Part shown: positions 14,101 to 27,070 of the stretch, piece after piece
Layout: the number at the start of each line of letters is the position of its first letter
Position numbering within the stretch: position 1 is the stretch's first letter
Assembly (NCBI RefSeq): GCF_964355755.1
Contig: NC_092677.1
Location: 18,312,101-18,376,100, forward strand
Reading direction: 5' to 3'
Length of the DNA: 64,000 nucleotides
Source of the DNA: Antedon mediterranea
Taxonomy: Eukaryota > Animalia > Echinodermata
The notes under the pieces: generated by a model
The model's input: the letters and a program-made list of their open reading frames with translations, nothing else
What the model was told of the DNA's origin: nothing
Databases searched by the model: none
Translations under genes and position numbers: made by a program

Positions 14101-17100
14101 AAACCTGCAAAACAAATACACAACACATGTACAATCTTTAAAAAAAATATATTTGATTTAAATAGGTATGCAGCAAGCATGTAGCTAGAGTGCTGTATTT
14201 GCCTTTTGGCTGCACTGCGGGAACTAAAGCTTATACTATACTTAATATGCTATCGGGAAGCAGCATTAGCTCTCCCAGTCACAGTACAGTAATTTTAAGG
14301 ACTTTCTCCATTCTTTATCATGTTTGTAACTTTAGTTGTAATGTACTAAAATGTATCGTTATTTAATTGCAACTATATGAATTTTAAAATGTTACTGTTT
14401 TCTGTAATTGGCCAATGGATGTATAATTGAAATAAAACAAAGTAAATTACACCAGCACAAATTTCATCCCCGTCCCCACACACTTTTATTACTGTACCTT
14501 TTGGCTGTACCACCACAGCTCAATACAGGTACCTCTGTTGTAATGTCTGCAATGTATGGAGGTTCTTCTCCATTAAACACCATACCAGCATAGATTTCAT
14601 CTGCAATAATTGGCAGTTGATGTCTTGCCGCCACTAAAAAATATAACACAAAGTGTAAGTGAATACACAAAAAATACTATTCAACAAGGCATATAAGACC
14701 AATTTACACAGACGAACGATAATGGTAATCGGAAAACCATGTAGTCTGTCCCATCTAGGATCTGTGTCTATCTTGAGCGGAAGCAATCTGTCTGCACCAC
14801 GTTGTGTGTATATGGTCATAAGGAATAACACAGATTTCATATTTGTATTACTGTTACCACCTGTCTGTGTAAATTAGCTTTTACAGGTTAGCTAACTTGT
14901 CGATACACTTTTTAGTAGAAGACTTGTCTGTTGTGGCACTTTACTGACAAGACACATTTGTTTGTTTATTTACAGAAGAGTTTATAGTTATCATGTTGAT
15001 GGAGCAGGACCAGCCAATCATCAAATAGAGAATAATTTATACACAGTACCTTTTGTGATCTGCATTAGATGTTTTTTATCATAAACTGAACCGCATGGAT
15101 TAGAGGGATTAATGACAACAATACACTTTGTCCGATCATCTATCAACTCCTCCATTTGATTGAGATCTGCTTCCCAGTTCCGTTCAGGCTGAGTTAAAAA
15201 ATAAGAATTTAATTACCATCATTAGTAACTAAATATTAATTAATAACTGAAATATATTTTTTAACTTAAATTTGAACTTATTTATCTGTATATATTTTCT
15301 AATCCATTTTCATATATTTAAGTCCAACAAAAGATGTTTCTTTTCACTCAATTACTGGTTATCGTTTTCTTGATATTTTCCCTTTTTTGCTAATTTGTAT
15401 TTTGTAGACTATTTTTCTTTTTACCTTTTTTGAATAAAAAATGTATTGTATTAGAAAACATCATGTGACTAGCAGTCTACTGGTCTAAATTGTGCAAAGG
15501 TGTGGACGGCAACATTTTCTATACTAGTGTCATACAGCTACCACCAATCGGCGTAATCACCAACTCTTTCGAAAGATGAAGCTAATACTAGAAGCTTAAT
15601 ATAGTGCCAACAAGCTCAAAGTGTAATGGCCCTATAAGTCATTATATATAAGATATTATATATTCTACCACCAGAACTAAGGCAAGCATTATAAACTTTG
15701 CAGATTTCATAGTTACATTGCCCCTGCCATACCAATTAACAATTAAACTTAACTCTACAAATCCCAAATTCTTTCCTATAATTAATTAAAATCCATCGTG
15801 GACCCGGAATGAAGGGTTTACTACCACTAGATGAACAGAAAGTGTCAAAAGTCAAATAGTGTCACGTGAGTGTATGGTTTAGGGAAATTTAAACTGTATG
15901 AATTTCCTATTGAAACTTCTGCAAAATCAAAAACTTACAATTAGGTTATAACTGCGTGTTTCAATGTCAATGTTGCCAGCTACTGTTCGGTATAGTGAAA
16001 AGCCAGGACGTGGAATAAGTATATTATCACCTGGATTGCACAACACAGTAATAGCAATGTTTATGGCTCCTGAGCACCCGCTTGTTAGAATAACGTCCTG
16101 GAAAAAAAAAGATAATTATAAAAACTATGCTGAAAAACTTGTTAATGTAAAGTAGGTAATGTTAATAATTGTGATTATCCTTAAATTATTCAGTGGATAA
16201 TTATGATTTGATTTAGGTTGGTAGGTAGCCTAGTGTTTAGGACACTTTTCATACAGAGAGACCCTGGTCTGGTTCAATTTCTTGCAACTCCCAGCTGTAA
16301 TGACAATAATTATTGTCTTAGAACTTGATTACTGTCCATTTCTCCATACCTAAAAGTCTTTTAATACAAACATGGATCATTATTATGGCAATCAATAATG
16401 ACAATTTCAGTTATTGCCACTAAAACAATTGTTATCTGATGTTATTCCATTGTTTAGGATTCCCTTCTCCAATAAACGATTCTGCTGGCAGTACTATTAC
16501 TACTAAATTAAAAACAAATACTAACCTTAGAGGTCAAGGGTGAAACATTTGTACTGTAGTAACTTGCCACTGCAGCCCTGGCTTCTTCATTCCCTGTAAA
16601 AAAAAGTCACCACAATTTCAAATTTTAGGGAGATTTGAATGCAAAACAATTTTGAAAAAAAACTAACTAACCACTGAAATTGGAAAGAGGTGCTATAAAA
16701 ACACCAGCCTTGCAATTTATAGTTACTAAAAACTATTAATTGCAAGGTAACATTTTTTTAGGAGCAAAGATTGAGCAAAAATGCTCAATTTTTAAATAAA
16801 CGGTTTATTTGGCACTTATGCAGCAGAAACCATGAGACGCAATGTACGAATGAAAATTGCAATGCAAGTCATTTGACCAATCACAAGTGAAGGTTGACCA
16901 ATCTGATGGTCAACTGCCTTGGTTTGCGGTGCGCTTATACATCCTACCATTGCATCCTAGTAGGTTCACATGAAGTTAGATTTTAGTGATATTTTATCAT
17001 TAAAAGCTAGACAATCCCACCAAAATCGGGGCAGTTTCAATCTATGCAGTATCATATGTAAACACAGTTTCCTAATAAATGATATACTGTTAAAATGACT

Positions 17101-20100
17101 TTGATCTCAGACTAATAAATTCAGTTGTGCAAATTACAATATGTATAACTAATAGATACCAGGATTGTCTGGGTTTTAGTTATTAGAAACCTATTGAATA
17201 TATTATACTGTAGGTACAAGTAGGCTACAGTAATATGGAAAATGAAGAATATCCCACATAATTTGATCTACTGTATATTCAAATATAAACATGGTACTTG
17301 GAATTTGCTGGTAGCATCCCAGTAGTTTCTACTTGCAATGAATATTTTGATCTATTAAACCATGTTTGATATACAGATGTTTAACTATCATCTTTACCTT
17401 ATCATATTTTATTGTTCATAAATTATGTTTTCTATTAATGGAAACAATGATGGGATTGTTATGCTAAAAAAAAATCATGTTTTTTTTTTTGCTTTCAATC
17501 AATCAATCAAAGTAACATTTATTTCTCTTCTTGTCATTCATAGAAAATATAAATCAACAGTAAATATGATAAAAATAAGAGGGGCAACATTCCTAAAAAG
17601 TGTAGATTTAATAGTAAGTGAAATATAGTATTTTACAGATGGTCTTATTTAATTGCTATCACTTTTAGTTCATGTGTGCCTGCAAACCCTAGTAGTATGT
17701 GTATACTGCTGTACACTTTCTTTACATAAGTTAGGGGGTACTGGACACATTAGCACTGCTGTACACTTTCTTTACATAAGTTAGGGGGTACTGGACATAT
17801 TAGCTCTTCCACAAAAGCAGCCAGCGTCGGTGCAACATGGTTAATGGGCCTCCTCAGAAATTTCTTTAACTTTAAAGTTGAACATGCAATTTTTAATCCA
17901 CCTAAATAATGGGAAAGACTAGTTTATGTTCATTCATCAGCCAGTTGCAGTATTTAACTGTTAAATATAATATGTTAAATACAAGAGATCTGGGCTTTTG
18001 CATATGCCAGACATCTGAAGTTTTTCTGGAAAAAAAATCAATAATTTATGGTCACCGTAGATCGGGATGGCTTAAAATAATATTGTATTTTACTGTACTT
18101 TTGTTTGAGATTCTTTTTATTATTAAATTGCAGGTTCAGTGATCGTTGAATTCAGAATAAAATGTTGATGTTGTAGGTTGCGAACAAAATATGGAAGTCT
18201 CCGGCCAAAACAAGAGAGTTGGCATGTATACAGTAACTTGATTGAACAACAAAGTGGAGAAAATGGTAAAAAAACTTTCTTAGTATTGTATTAGGAGAGG
18301 AGATGCTTCAGAACTTTAATGTTTTGTGGATGCTGCAGTGTACTGTAAATCTGGAACTTACAATATACACACAAAATCATCTTATTAATATTAGTTAATA
18401 ATTTTTTTTTTTTTACCATATTTAATGAGGGTGATCCATCAAGCAATTTCTGATTATTAGGGACCCTCAGAGATTCACAAGTCAAACATGTACACAAGAT
18501 GCTCTATACTGTATATTAAACAAAGTCTTATTACAAGTCTTTAAGAATGGAGTTGTAATTTTGTCCTTAGAAAAAATCCTGATATGTGACGGGACTTGAA
18601 CCCAGGACCCTTGGAGTGGTAGCCATGGCATCATAACCACCAAACCACAACTCCACAACCAACTCCACATAAGTGATGTATCTTGTATCTGTCACAACGG
18701 CACAGCAATAAAATCAGATTAAATCATAAAACAAATTATTAAAAACTTCACAAATTCAAAGTCAACCAAAATGCAGTATCATATCCAATGTGAATGATCT
18801 AAAGCATTTTATGTTGAAATAGGCTGTTGTGACTGTACAGTACATATATTAGGCCTACATATATACTGGTACCATATCTTGTAGGAGCATACCAGTAGAA
18901 ATACTAATCAAATTAGTTAAAATTATGTTAGGCAAATTCCAACGACTTGAATAATATCAATACAATTGTACACTGCCAGTGAGACTTTGCGGGAAAACAA
19001 CCATGAAAACCTCATGTTTTGTATTTAACTATAAAACGCTTGTTTCGTTACAAACATCCTTATAAGATTCACTGGCACACCATTCCCCCCACCCTCCAAT
19101 AGTAAAATAGAAAAAAAAGGAAACGTCTGCGGGAAATGGGTAAGGATGCGAATACACTGCTTTGAATTTGTTGAGTAGTGGCAAAATTGAACACCATTTT
19201 TATATACTTGTGAATTATACTTGTGAATTATACTTGTGTCAAGATTCAATACAAAATGATTACGAAGTTGTATCACAGGTTTTCAAATGGCACTCCACGC
19301 AAATGCAACATCAAGAACAAAGTCACTCTCAAGTCTATACATCACTATACATTCCAAGAAAAGAGAGAATAGGCCATCACAAAAACCCTAGACTTAAAAA
19401 GAGATAGCAGAAAAATCTTAGGAAAAACAATAGGTGATATACAGTACTGTACATTGTATCACTAACAGGGTAGGATGCCAACAGATAAAATAAATCATTA
19501 TACAGTAGTATGTGAGGTTTTAATGTTTTTATGATTCGGAAATTAGAAATCATAAAACAATATGTTTCAATTGATAAACAATAAATGTGGGTTTATAGCT
19601 TTAAACAATCACTTGGGTACTGTATTTTGCATGTAAAAATTAACTGGTTTTTGAATAAAAGCTAAAACACATGTGTGTACAGTTAGAGGGTGGGAGAGGG
19701 GGGGGGGGAGCATAGTCAAGGCCTGATTATCTATCATGAAAATATACTGTACATCTGGCCTGTATCTACTGCATGTGCTCAAAATACTATTAAACACTGT
19801 AGACACCAATACTGTACTTAACTGTGCTGTCCATAGACTTTGCTTGATTAATCGACCTACAGAAGGCGCGTAGCCATCGACTTACCTACAGAAGGAGCGT
19901 AGCCATTGTTTTTGTAGATATCAATAACATCGTGTATGGCATCAGCAATACTAGGATCAAGGGGTAGGTTTCCAAATTTGGTTGGGTCACCTGAAAATAA
20001 AGAAATCAAAAATATGTTTGTCACTGGCCTACTCACTGTACATATTCCTGTATTGGCAATTTACATTTGCTTCACAGATTGTAGCTCATGATATACTGTA

Positions 20101-23100
20101 CAATCACCCCTGAGTATAAAAAGAAAAAACAAAATCGCATCACCCTCTCTGTGTCATACTAATCAACGCCTGCTAAGGCCCGACAGGGCTTGGTATTACC
20201 TGGTAGGATTTTGTGGTTAAAAATGCTATTTATCAAGTAAATTTAATTTTACGTTTTATACATTTTTATGTAAAAATTTGTCAAAATACTTCGAAGTGTT
20301 TACATTTACTGTATTCCAAGAACCATCCTACAGAAGTAAAAAGTTATGTCTTTTTGCGAAGAAGCGATTGACGCGTATTAGATTGAAAAGTTTAACAATA
20401 TGTTAAATTTAATACTGTATGAATAGTAACAATAACATGTACTTTTTTTTATCATAAAGGCCTACAGGGCATTACAGGATGTACTGTATTAGTAGGACTG
20501 CTTTCTCCACCTTCCATTCTCAATAAGACAAACATACTGTACAACATATGCAAACTCATGGCCACAGTCATGTTTGGTTTTAATAGGTGGTGATTGGTGA
20601 TGATTGGTGATGATTGGTGATGATTGGTGGTGATTGGTGATGATTGGTGATGATTGGTGATGATTGGTGATGATTGGTGATGATTGGTGATGATTGGTGA
20701 TGATTGGTGATGATTGGTGATGATTGGTGATGATTGGTGATGATTGGTGATGATTGGTGATGATTGGTGATGATTGGTGATGATTGGTGATGATTGGTGA
20801 TGATTGGTGATGATTGGTGATGATAGGTGATGATTGGTGATGATAGGTGATGATAGGTGATGATTGGTGATGATTGGTGATGATAGGTGATGATTGGTGA
20901 TGATTGGTGATGATTGGTGATGATTGGTGATGATTGGTGATGATTGGTGATGATTGGTGATGATTGGTGATGATAGGTGATGATACTGTAGGTGATGATT
21001 GGTGGTGATTGGTGGTGATTGGTGGTGATTGGTGGTGATTGGTGATGATTGGTGATGATTGGTGATGATAGGTGATGATAGGTGATGATTGGTGATGATT
21101 GGTGATGATTGGTGATGATAGGTGATGATAGGTGATGATAGGTGATGATAGGTGATGATAGGTGATGATTGGTGATGATTGGTGATGATTGGTGATGATT
21201 GGTGATGATTGGTGATGATTGGTGATGATAGGTGATGATAGGTGATGATAGGTGATGATAGGTGATGATTGGTGATGATTGGTGATGATTGGTGATGATA
21301 GGTGATGATAGGTGATGATAGGTGATGATTGGTGATGATTGGTGATGATTGGTGATGATAGGTGATGATACTGTAGGTGATGATTGGTGATGATTGGTGA
21401 TGATTGGTGATGATTGGTGATGATAGGTGATGATAGGTGATGATTGGTGATGATTGGTCATGATAGGTGATGATTGGGCAAATAACAAACCTACATGATG
21501 GTTTTAACATACTGTACTGTATTTAATCATAATGTACTGTACTGTATGGATTGAAATTTGTTTACTTTGCATTGGTTAGGAGAATTAATAATTATGTAAT
21601 ACTGTCCATGTTAATTTTTTATTTATATGATTATTCAAGATATTACTGTACTTCAATTGACCTGACCTAGTAATATGTCATCGGTCATTGCAAATCGAAT
21701 ATCATGGACAGTAACAACCAAAGTAGTAACTGTACATCAAGGTTATGCTGTTGAGTCAGCAAAATCATACAATTATATTTATCATACTACATCCTACTGT
21801 AGTACAAGTCATAAGTTTGTCATTCATAAAGTTTTGATGAAAATATAATTTGTATAAAATGAGTAATAATAATACTATTATTTGCAGATACCATTATTTG
21901 CAGATACCTTGGCCAAGAATAAAAAATTTAAGTATTCCGTATTCACTCTTAACTGAATTTTTTCGGTCAAACTAATGGTGTTTAGGGTCAAACGGCAAAC
22001 ATTATTGAGAATCTTTATAAAAACTAAAGGTGTAATGTAGAGACTTGTACAGTAATCCAGGGAGTATATAAGCGACCGACTTAAATTAGCTTAGTTTATA
22101 CTAGGTAGCTTGGTCCTGTTTTATCAACGAATTCCACTTTATTTTAAATAAAGTGTAATCTTAATAATACTTAGAATTTAGATCATACAGTTCAGGTAAA
22201 AATGAAAAGAAGTTGCAAAAATTAATTATTTTGTACTAGATATTTTTTGGTCAAGTTGACTGGACATCCGACGTGAACCATGCTTAAAACGGTAATTTGT
22301 ACTATAGGACCAATCCTTATGGAGATTAGAGTAATATTCATCAATCAAATTTCCATTAGTAATTAGGAACGATACCCTACTACGTAGAACCCTGAATTAT
22401 ACAATTTTGTATAGAATAGTTAAAGTTTAGATCTTACCTTGTGGCCAACATGAGTCATTATTAGTAGCATGTAGATTGTTTTTTGGGGAAAAAATTGACT
22501 AAATCATACTGACTCGTGTTTACAAAACCATTATTTTTTATCTGACTCAATTGTCCTTGACAAATGTCAATGTCATTGATGAAATGCTATTTTAAAAATT
22601 ATATTAATACATACTGCAGTGCTTTGTAAATCAAAATTTAAAAAAAAATGTATTCTGTATTATACTTTTTAGCCAGTTTTAGGTTTATTTTAAAGGTTTT
22701 ATTTAAAGACACTAAAGACCTACAGTACTAAGTTTTTTCGACATAATTTAATTTACATTTTTTAAAAGTATTGTAAATATAAATAATATATGGATCTATT
22801 GCCATATTTTCTTTCTTCTTTAAACAATTAATTCAGCAATGAGATGTCAAGATAGGCCTATAGCTAACAATACATACAATGTTTGTATGTTACCGCTCTT
22901 CCAGCTAGGCCTACAAAACTAAAGACGGTTTATGAGGGAACCTTCGACGCGAGCTACTGTATTAGGTAGCATTGTATTGTTTTTATTTTTTTATCATTTT
23001 ATTAACTTTATAACACAATTAACACAAGAAATTACCTGGTTTAATGTTTTAAAGTTATGTATTAGTATTATTACACTTACACTTAATGTTTGATGGAATA

Positions 23101-24442
23101 AGTTCAGGTTAGTGCCTAATTTGCTTCCATGTCTAGTTTTAAGTCTCAACTTAAATGTGTTGACTGAGGGGGATTGAATAACTGACTCGGGCAGGGCATT
23201 TACAATGTTTAAAGACACCTTCCCTACGTTTTTTAATTTAGGATCACAAACTATATTTAATGTAAAAATAATACTATATGGCCCATTTGCAATAACTTTT
23301 TTCGTCTTTAAATGGTTAAAAATGTGAAAAATAAGTTGATTCTAATAATTATAGCGGCCCGCTATAAATCCCAAAATGCATTGCGCGCTGATTGATATTT
23401 TTGTTTTTCTTCTGTAATTCACCCACTTTTCGGTCGATCGTGAGGCCAAAACAAATGGAAGACTCCTATACTTTTCAGCGAAAATACCGGGTTTTCCTCA
23501 ATTTGTATTAACGGAGTCTGGCAAAAATAGAAAGACAATTGCAGCAACTATACAACGTCAGGCAAGGTATATAGCTAGCGTACGATGTTCGTACATTACC
23601 GATGTTTACCAGCTAGGCCTAAAAAACTGAGCCTAGCTAGGCTAGGCCTAAAGACCGTCCACAAGAGGTCAGTCGCCGCGAGCAACTTAGGTAGTGCATT
23701 GTTTCTCACTTTTTATCATAATTTACCATAAAACCTACATTTAAGACAAGGAATGACCTGGTTTAATGTAAAGTAATGTATTATTTTTACAAAACGTCAC
23801 AAATTGTAGGGAAGGTGTCTTTAATTATTCTCATTGAAACAATTATTTCTGCACAAGAGATTTGCTTTGAGTTTTAGGATGATAAAGTTTCAGACTGTGA
23901 CCACAAGTTCTGTTGTTATGAGAGATGGTGAAGTCTTCTGCGTATACTGTATAAAAGCAGAATATATCATATTTCATATGCAGACGTTCGAACTCTATTT
24001 CCCGATTTCTGGAGAGCCTCCCGAATTTTTATTAAATCTCTCGAATGTTAAAAATCTCCCAAAAATGTCTTTTTTTAGGTTAATTTCTGTATTGTTAAAT
24101 ACAATACAATACAATTACATTCAATTAGTTGCTCGAATGCGGGAAGGCCCCTGGTATTGGTAAACATTGAAATGCGGATTGCGCGAGGTATTTTATTAGT
24201 TCAAAATGCGTCAAATAGGTTAAGATTAAGAACAAATTAATTAAAACACAACAAATTTGTTAACAATACAAACCTACCAAAATGATTGGAATGGTACATT
24301 GTGACTTACCAATAGAGAGTGAAATAACTTGTTTTTTAGGGTTAGGTTCAAGTTTCATACCATCAACAATCATTCGGATAGGATTCAATGTATTCTTAGC
24401 AGCTTCTGATGAACGAATATTCCATTTTGGTTTGCTTTCCAT
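10995..24442 (-). CDS. TAT: Tyrosine aminotransferase, whole gene span (11 coding exons, 1248 nt, about 415 aa)
   Basis: Exons join in phase with GT-AG ends. Motifs [58 protein letters not shown], the PLP-lysine motif [24 protein letters not shown] and SVFCLPG. Confidence 0.96.
11156..11585. mobile_element. Second, inverted and partly truncated copy of the 5135-5633 MITE, in the last TAT intron
   Basis: Starts AGGGAGGTTTCGCAA...GAAAACGGATACGTCA. Its internal sequence is the reverse complement of about 5170-5633. Confidence 0.75.
11791..11889 (-). CDS. TAT: TAT coding exon 10 (CAVDVEHMP...SVFCLPGK)
   Basis: 99 nt, AG/GT ends, phase 0-0. Confidence 0.9.
12066..12190 (+). mobile_element. Degenerate truncated copy of the 8105-8406 SINE
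   Basis: GGTTTCGAATCCAAC...CGCATTGCTTGTATC...CTCTCCACCCTGGTGTA. Confidence 0.6.
12310..12393 (-). CDS. TAT: TAT coding exon 9 (ENADILY...PRGAMYMM)
   Basis: 84 nt, GTGAGT donor. Confidence 0.92.
13163..13291 (-). CDS. TAT: TAT coding exon 8 ([15 protein letters not shown]...TLK)
   Basis: 129 nt, phase 0-0. Confidence 0.92.
14035..14104 (-). CDS. TAT: TAT coding exon 7 ([16 protein letters not shown]...AE)
   Basis: 70 nt, phase 2-0. Confidence 0.92.
14498..14633 (-). CDS. TAT: TAT coding exon 6 ([14 protein letters not shown]...CGGTAK)
   Basis: 136 nt, phase 1-2, contains the PLP-binding lysine. Confidence 0.92.
15050..15188 (-). CDS. TAT: TAT coding exon 5 (PERNWEADL...[10 protein letters not shown])
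   Basis: 139 nt, phase 0-1. Confidence 0.93.
15939..16097 (-). CDS. TAT: TAT coding exon 4 ([11 protein letters not shown]...SYNLI)
   Basis: 159 nt, GTAAGT donor. Confidence 0.93.
16526..16593 (-). CDS. TAT: TAT coding exon 3 ([12 protein letters not shown]...LTSK)
   Basis: 68 nt, phase 1-0. Confidence 0.92.
17705..17804. repeat. 50-bp near-perfect tandem duplication
   Basis: ACTGCTGTACACTTTCTTTACATAAGTTAGGGGGTACTGGACAYATTAGC occurs twice. Confidence 0.9.
18585..18660 (-). mobile_element. tRNA-derived SINE head fragment
   Basis: Minus strand GTGGTTTGGTGGTT...GGGTTCAAGTCCC (A- and B-box-like), with no complete cloverleaf. Confidence 0.45.
19886..19990 (-). CDS. TAT: TAT coding exon 2 (DPTKFGNLP...NGYAPSV)
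   Basis: 105 nt, phase 1-1, GTAAGT donor. Confidence 0.93.
   Translation of the reverse strand: MTQPNLETYPLILVLLMPYTMLLISTKTMATLLL
20586..21477. repeat. 10-bp satellite (GGTGATGATW)n, about 900 bp, in a TAT intron
   Basis: Directly visible. It accounts for the spurious His/Ser-rich ORFs in the track. Confidence 0.97.
23125..23208 (-). mobile_element. CR1-like LINE ORF2 C-terminal fragment
   Basis: [20 protein letters not shown] resembles the conserved CR1 ORF2 end (WN.LP..VV.A.SVN.FK.RLD). Confidence 0.6.
23213..23820. mobile_element. Non-autonomous TIR element with TTAA TSD and AG termini (Kolobok-like)
   Basis: TTAA|AGACACCTTCCCTAC ... GTAGGGAAGGTGTCT|TTAA (15-bp perfect TIR). An older related copy lies at about 22700-23080. 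Confidence 0.8.
24310..24442 (-). CDS. TAT: TAT first coding exon ([12 protein letters not shown]...ISLSI)
   Basis: ATG at 24442, an upstream acceptor near 24462, donor GTAAGT at 24309 (phase 1). Confidence 0.92.
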
Positions 24443-24519
24443 CACTACTAAATACAGTTATCTAAAAAAGTCAATGTTGTACAAAATCAAAATATTGGCA
24501 TACTAATTAGGCAAATAGG

Positions 24520-24897
24520 TAGGACATATCGATAACGATCGACGATAAATAGACAAATATGCATTTTTCATACATAAAATAAATATAAAAACTTTTCATT
24601 CTACAGAATAACCATCTATGCTTCCTTTGATAAAAATTATATTTTCACACGTCCAATCAAATGACATCATGATTAGTAAGAGCAATAATATCGTGACAAT
24701 ACAACGATTTTATTGTTTTTATTTATCATGACGTCATTTGATTGGAATTTAAAAAATATTAATTTTTATCAAAGACAGCATAAATGATTATCCTATAGTT
24801 CTAAAACGAAACCCTTTCTAATTTCTTTTGTTTTATGTAATAAAAATGCATGCTTAAATATTTATCGTCGATCTTTATCGTCCTAGTGTAAATGGGC
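24520..24897. mobile_element. Fold-back/MITE remnant with long imperfect inverted arms (about 150 bp)
   Basis: GATCGACGATAAATA...TCCAATCAAATGACATCATGAT is mirrored by ATCATGACGTCATTTGATTGGA...TATTTATCGTCGATC. Confidence 0.65.
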
Positions 24898-25680
24898 TTT
24901 TATGCCAAAAAAACCAAAACAATATTTTTACATCCTTCCCTCATCAGATTTTGGAGACACTATTATTACTTTGATTTGTCTTTTTTTCATTTATATTTTT
25001 TTGTAATGAACTGGTACTGGTAACCATCCTAATAATAAAAAGAGAAAAATTGAATCAATCAATCATATCACTTTCACATCAACCTAGGCTGGAACCCTGG
25101 AGAAACCACTCGTTTAAAATACCCAGTGTGTTGGTTAACCATTACCCCACCCCCCACCTCCCCCTCTATTTAACAAAAAATGGATCCGCCAATACTGGTA
25201 AGTCCACAATTTATGCGGTACATTTTCGTGAACCTCATAAAGTATAAGAAGTGTGTAAAATCATGGGGTGACTTACTAGTCCATGGCACGTCCTGTGAAA
25301 AATGTTAAGATTTATCATATAGCGAGGATTAAAAACACATATTTCGAAAACTGAGCTGCACTGACAAGACCTAATAATATCAAAACAATACTGTCATGCA
25401 GATTAGATGCATCGCTAAGATATACTTTTGAATCAGTGAAACCTGGCCGTTAATGTTATAAATCGAAACCAGTTGAATGTTGTATGTGGACGTTCCCCTT
25501 CATCTTTTGGTAAAATGTTGTTCAAATCCATAGGCCTAATATTTTTTAGTAAAACAGGTAGCGCAAGTGCCTCATGTCATGTCTTAAAATTGCACTAGAG
25601 ACGCAACACAAGGACATACTGTAACGCAACGTAAGTGAATTGACCAATCACAAGCGATGGATTCGAACTTTCGCTTGTCA

Positions 25681-26131
25681 AGCTTGGTTCACACTAGCAA
25701 TGCAACGTAACCTACGCAACATAAGCAAATGCCCTTCCGATAATTGTGTTTGCCCCCGCCTGCATGAAATCAAACCTGCTTATTGCGCGTCAATGTTAGC
25801 ATGCCGTAGACCTTGACCTGGTTCACCCCGCATACTTTTGAGTATGCTCTGTACTATGTTTTCCAGTGTTCTTTTGCCTTGTGTTTTTGCGTAAAATCAA
25901 ACTGATTTGATTCCCTGTGGCAATGTTTGTAGCACTGTTGCGTCGTCAATTCCCACTTGTAATTACACAATACAACAATTTGTGCGCGTCGATACGTTGC
26001 TGCGTTACATAGAACGTAACGCAACGCAAATGAATTGACCAATCACAAGCGATGGCTTATTCGCTTGTCATTGGTTAAAACGCTTGCGTTGCGTTTACGT
26101 CCTTGCATTACGTTCTAGTGGGAACCAAGCT
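25681..26131. mobile_element. PIF/Harbinger-like MITE nested in a related element (about 25590-26152)
   Basis: TIR AGCTTGGTTCACACTAG / CTAGTGGGAACCAAGCT with TCA/TTA flanks. The AATTGACCAATCACAAGCGATGG block is repeated, and a related fragment lies at about 16830-16975. Confidence 0.6.
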
Positions 26132-26256
26132 TTACGTTCCAATGGGAACCAAGAAAGTGGCTCCGCAACGGTAATCGCTGCTAGCTAGTAAGCCTATATT
26201 TGGTAAACTTTACCTTTTGGAATAGGCCTAGGCTATACGTACCTATATAAATATAT

Positions 26257-26565
26257 TGTAGTATCGACCCCAGGGGGTGGCCAATGAATGGCCCGAACCT
26301 ACCAACCGTCTGCGGGCGCCTGGATCTAGTACAAGTGACGTATGGACGTCTGGGCGCCATGCGCGGACGGTTGGGGCAGGCCAGAAATTAGGGCAGTTAG
26401 CCACGGAGTTTTCCGTGGTTAGAAGGATATTAAATACGGCTATTAGCAGTATTACCAGAGGATTTATATATATCGAATTGGATTTGCCCCAAGGCAAGGC
26501 CAAGCGGGAAGAAGTCCCAGATAGGTGAGTATATCTGTTGCACTTTTATAAACGGGGTGAATACA
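26257..26565. mobile_element. Possible solo LTR (GC-rich island bounded by TGTA...TACA)
   Basis: TGTAGTATCGACCCC ... GGGGTGAATACA termini, but the TSD is imperfect. Confidence 0.3.
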
Positions 26566-26801
26566 ATAATATTATAAAAGGTGGGGAATTCTAGCGGTTT
26601 ACCCTCCTTCTCTAATTAACTTTTACTTTAGGTCTTGGCTAGGCCTACTGTACTAGCCTAGGCATAGGTCTAGGCCTAACTAGTCCTCTACCCCTCTACC
26701 CCTCTCTAGCTAGCCGGCCGGCCAACACAACCACACTCTCTCTTTTTTATACGGGTTTATTCACAGAAAAAAACAGGATTTCCAAAAAATAAATTACTCA
26801 C

Positions 26802-27070
26802 GTAAAATATCACTTCTTGTACTCTGTAATAAATGTGAACTATATTATAGTAATATTATAATATTATTACAATTCGTTTTTCTTCGTTAACAAATTGCAT
26901 ACGTCGTAATGTCTCGTGTTTTCAATGTCGTCGTCGATTCATCATCACTGAACAATCCTGTAGTATTTTTTCATTGTGTTTTTGTGTACGATGTGTTGTC
27001 GTCATTGCAGGTATGTCATTGATTGGTCAGTTTTGTGGGCGTGTATAGAGGGGGTGGCTGGTGGTGTGGC
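26802..27070 (-). promoter_or_regulatory. Putative TAT promoter and non-coding first exon
   Basis: On the minus strand: GC/CACCC boxes (about 27037-27060), CCAAT (about 27022-27026), TCAGT initiator-like motif (about 26950), donor GTGAGT at 26801. Confidence 0.5.

Noticed and set aside
20452-21510. 352-aa and 302-aa His/Ser/Ile-rich ORFs
   Set aside because: They are translations of a 10-bp satellite inside a TAT intron. Several frames are open and the period is not a multiple of 3.
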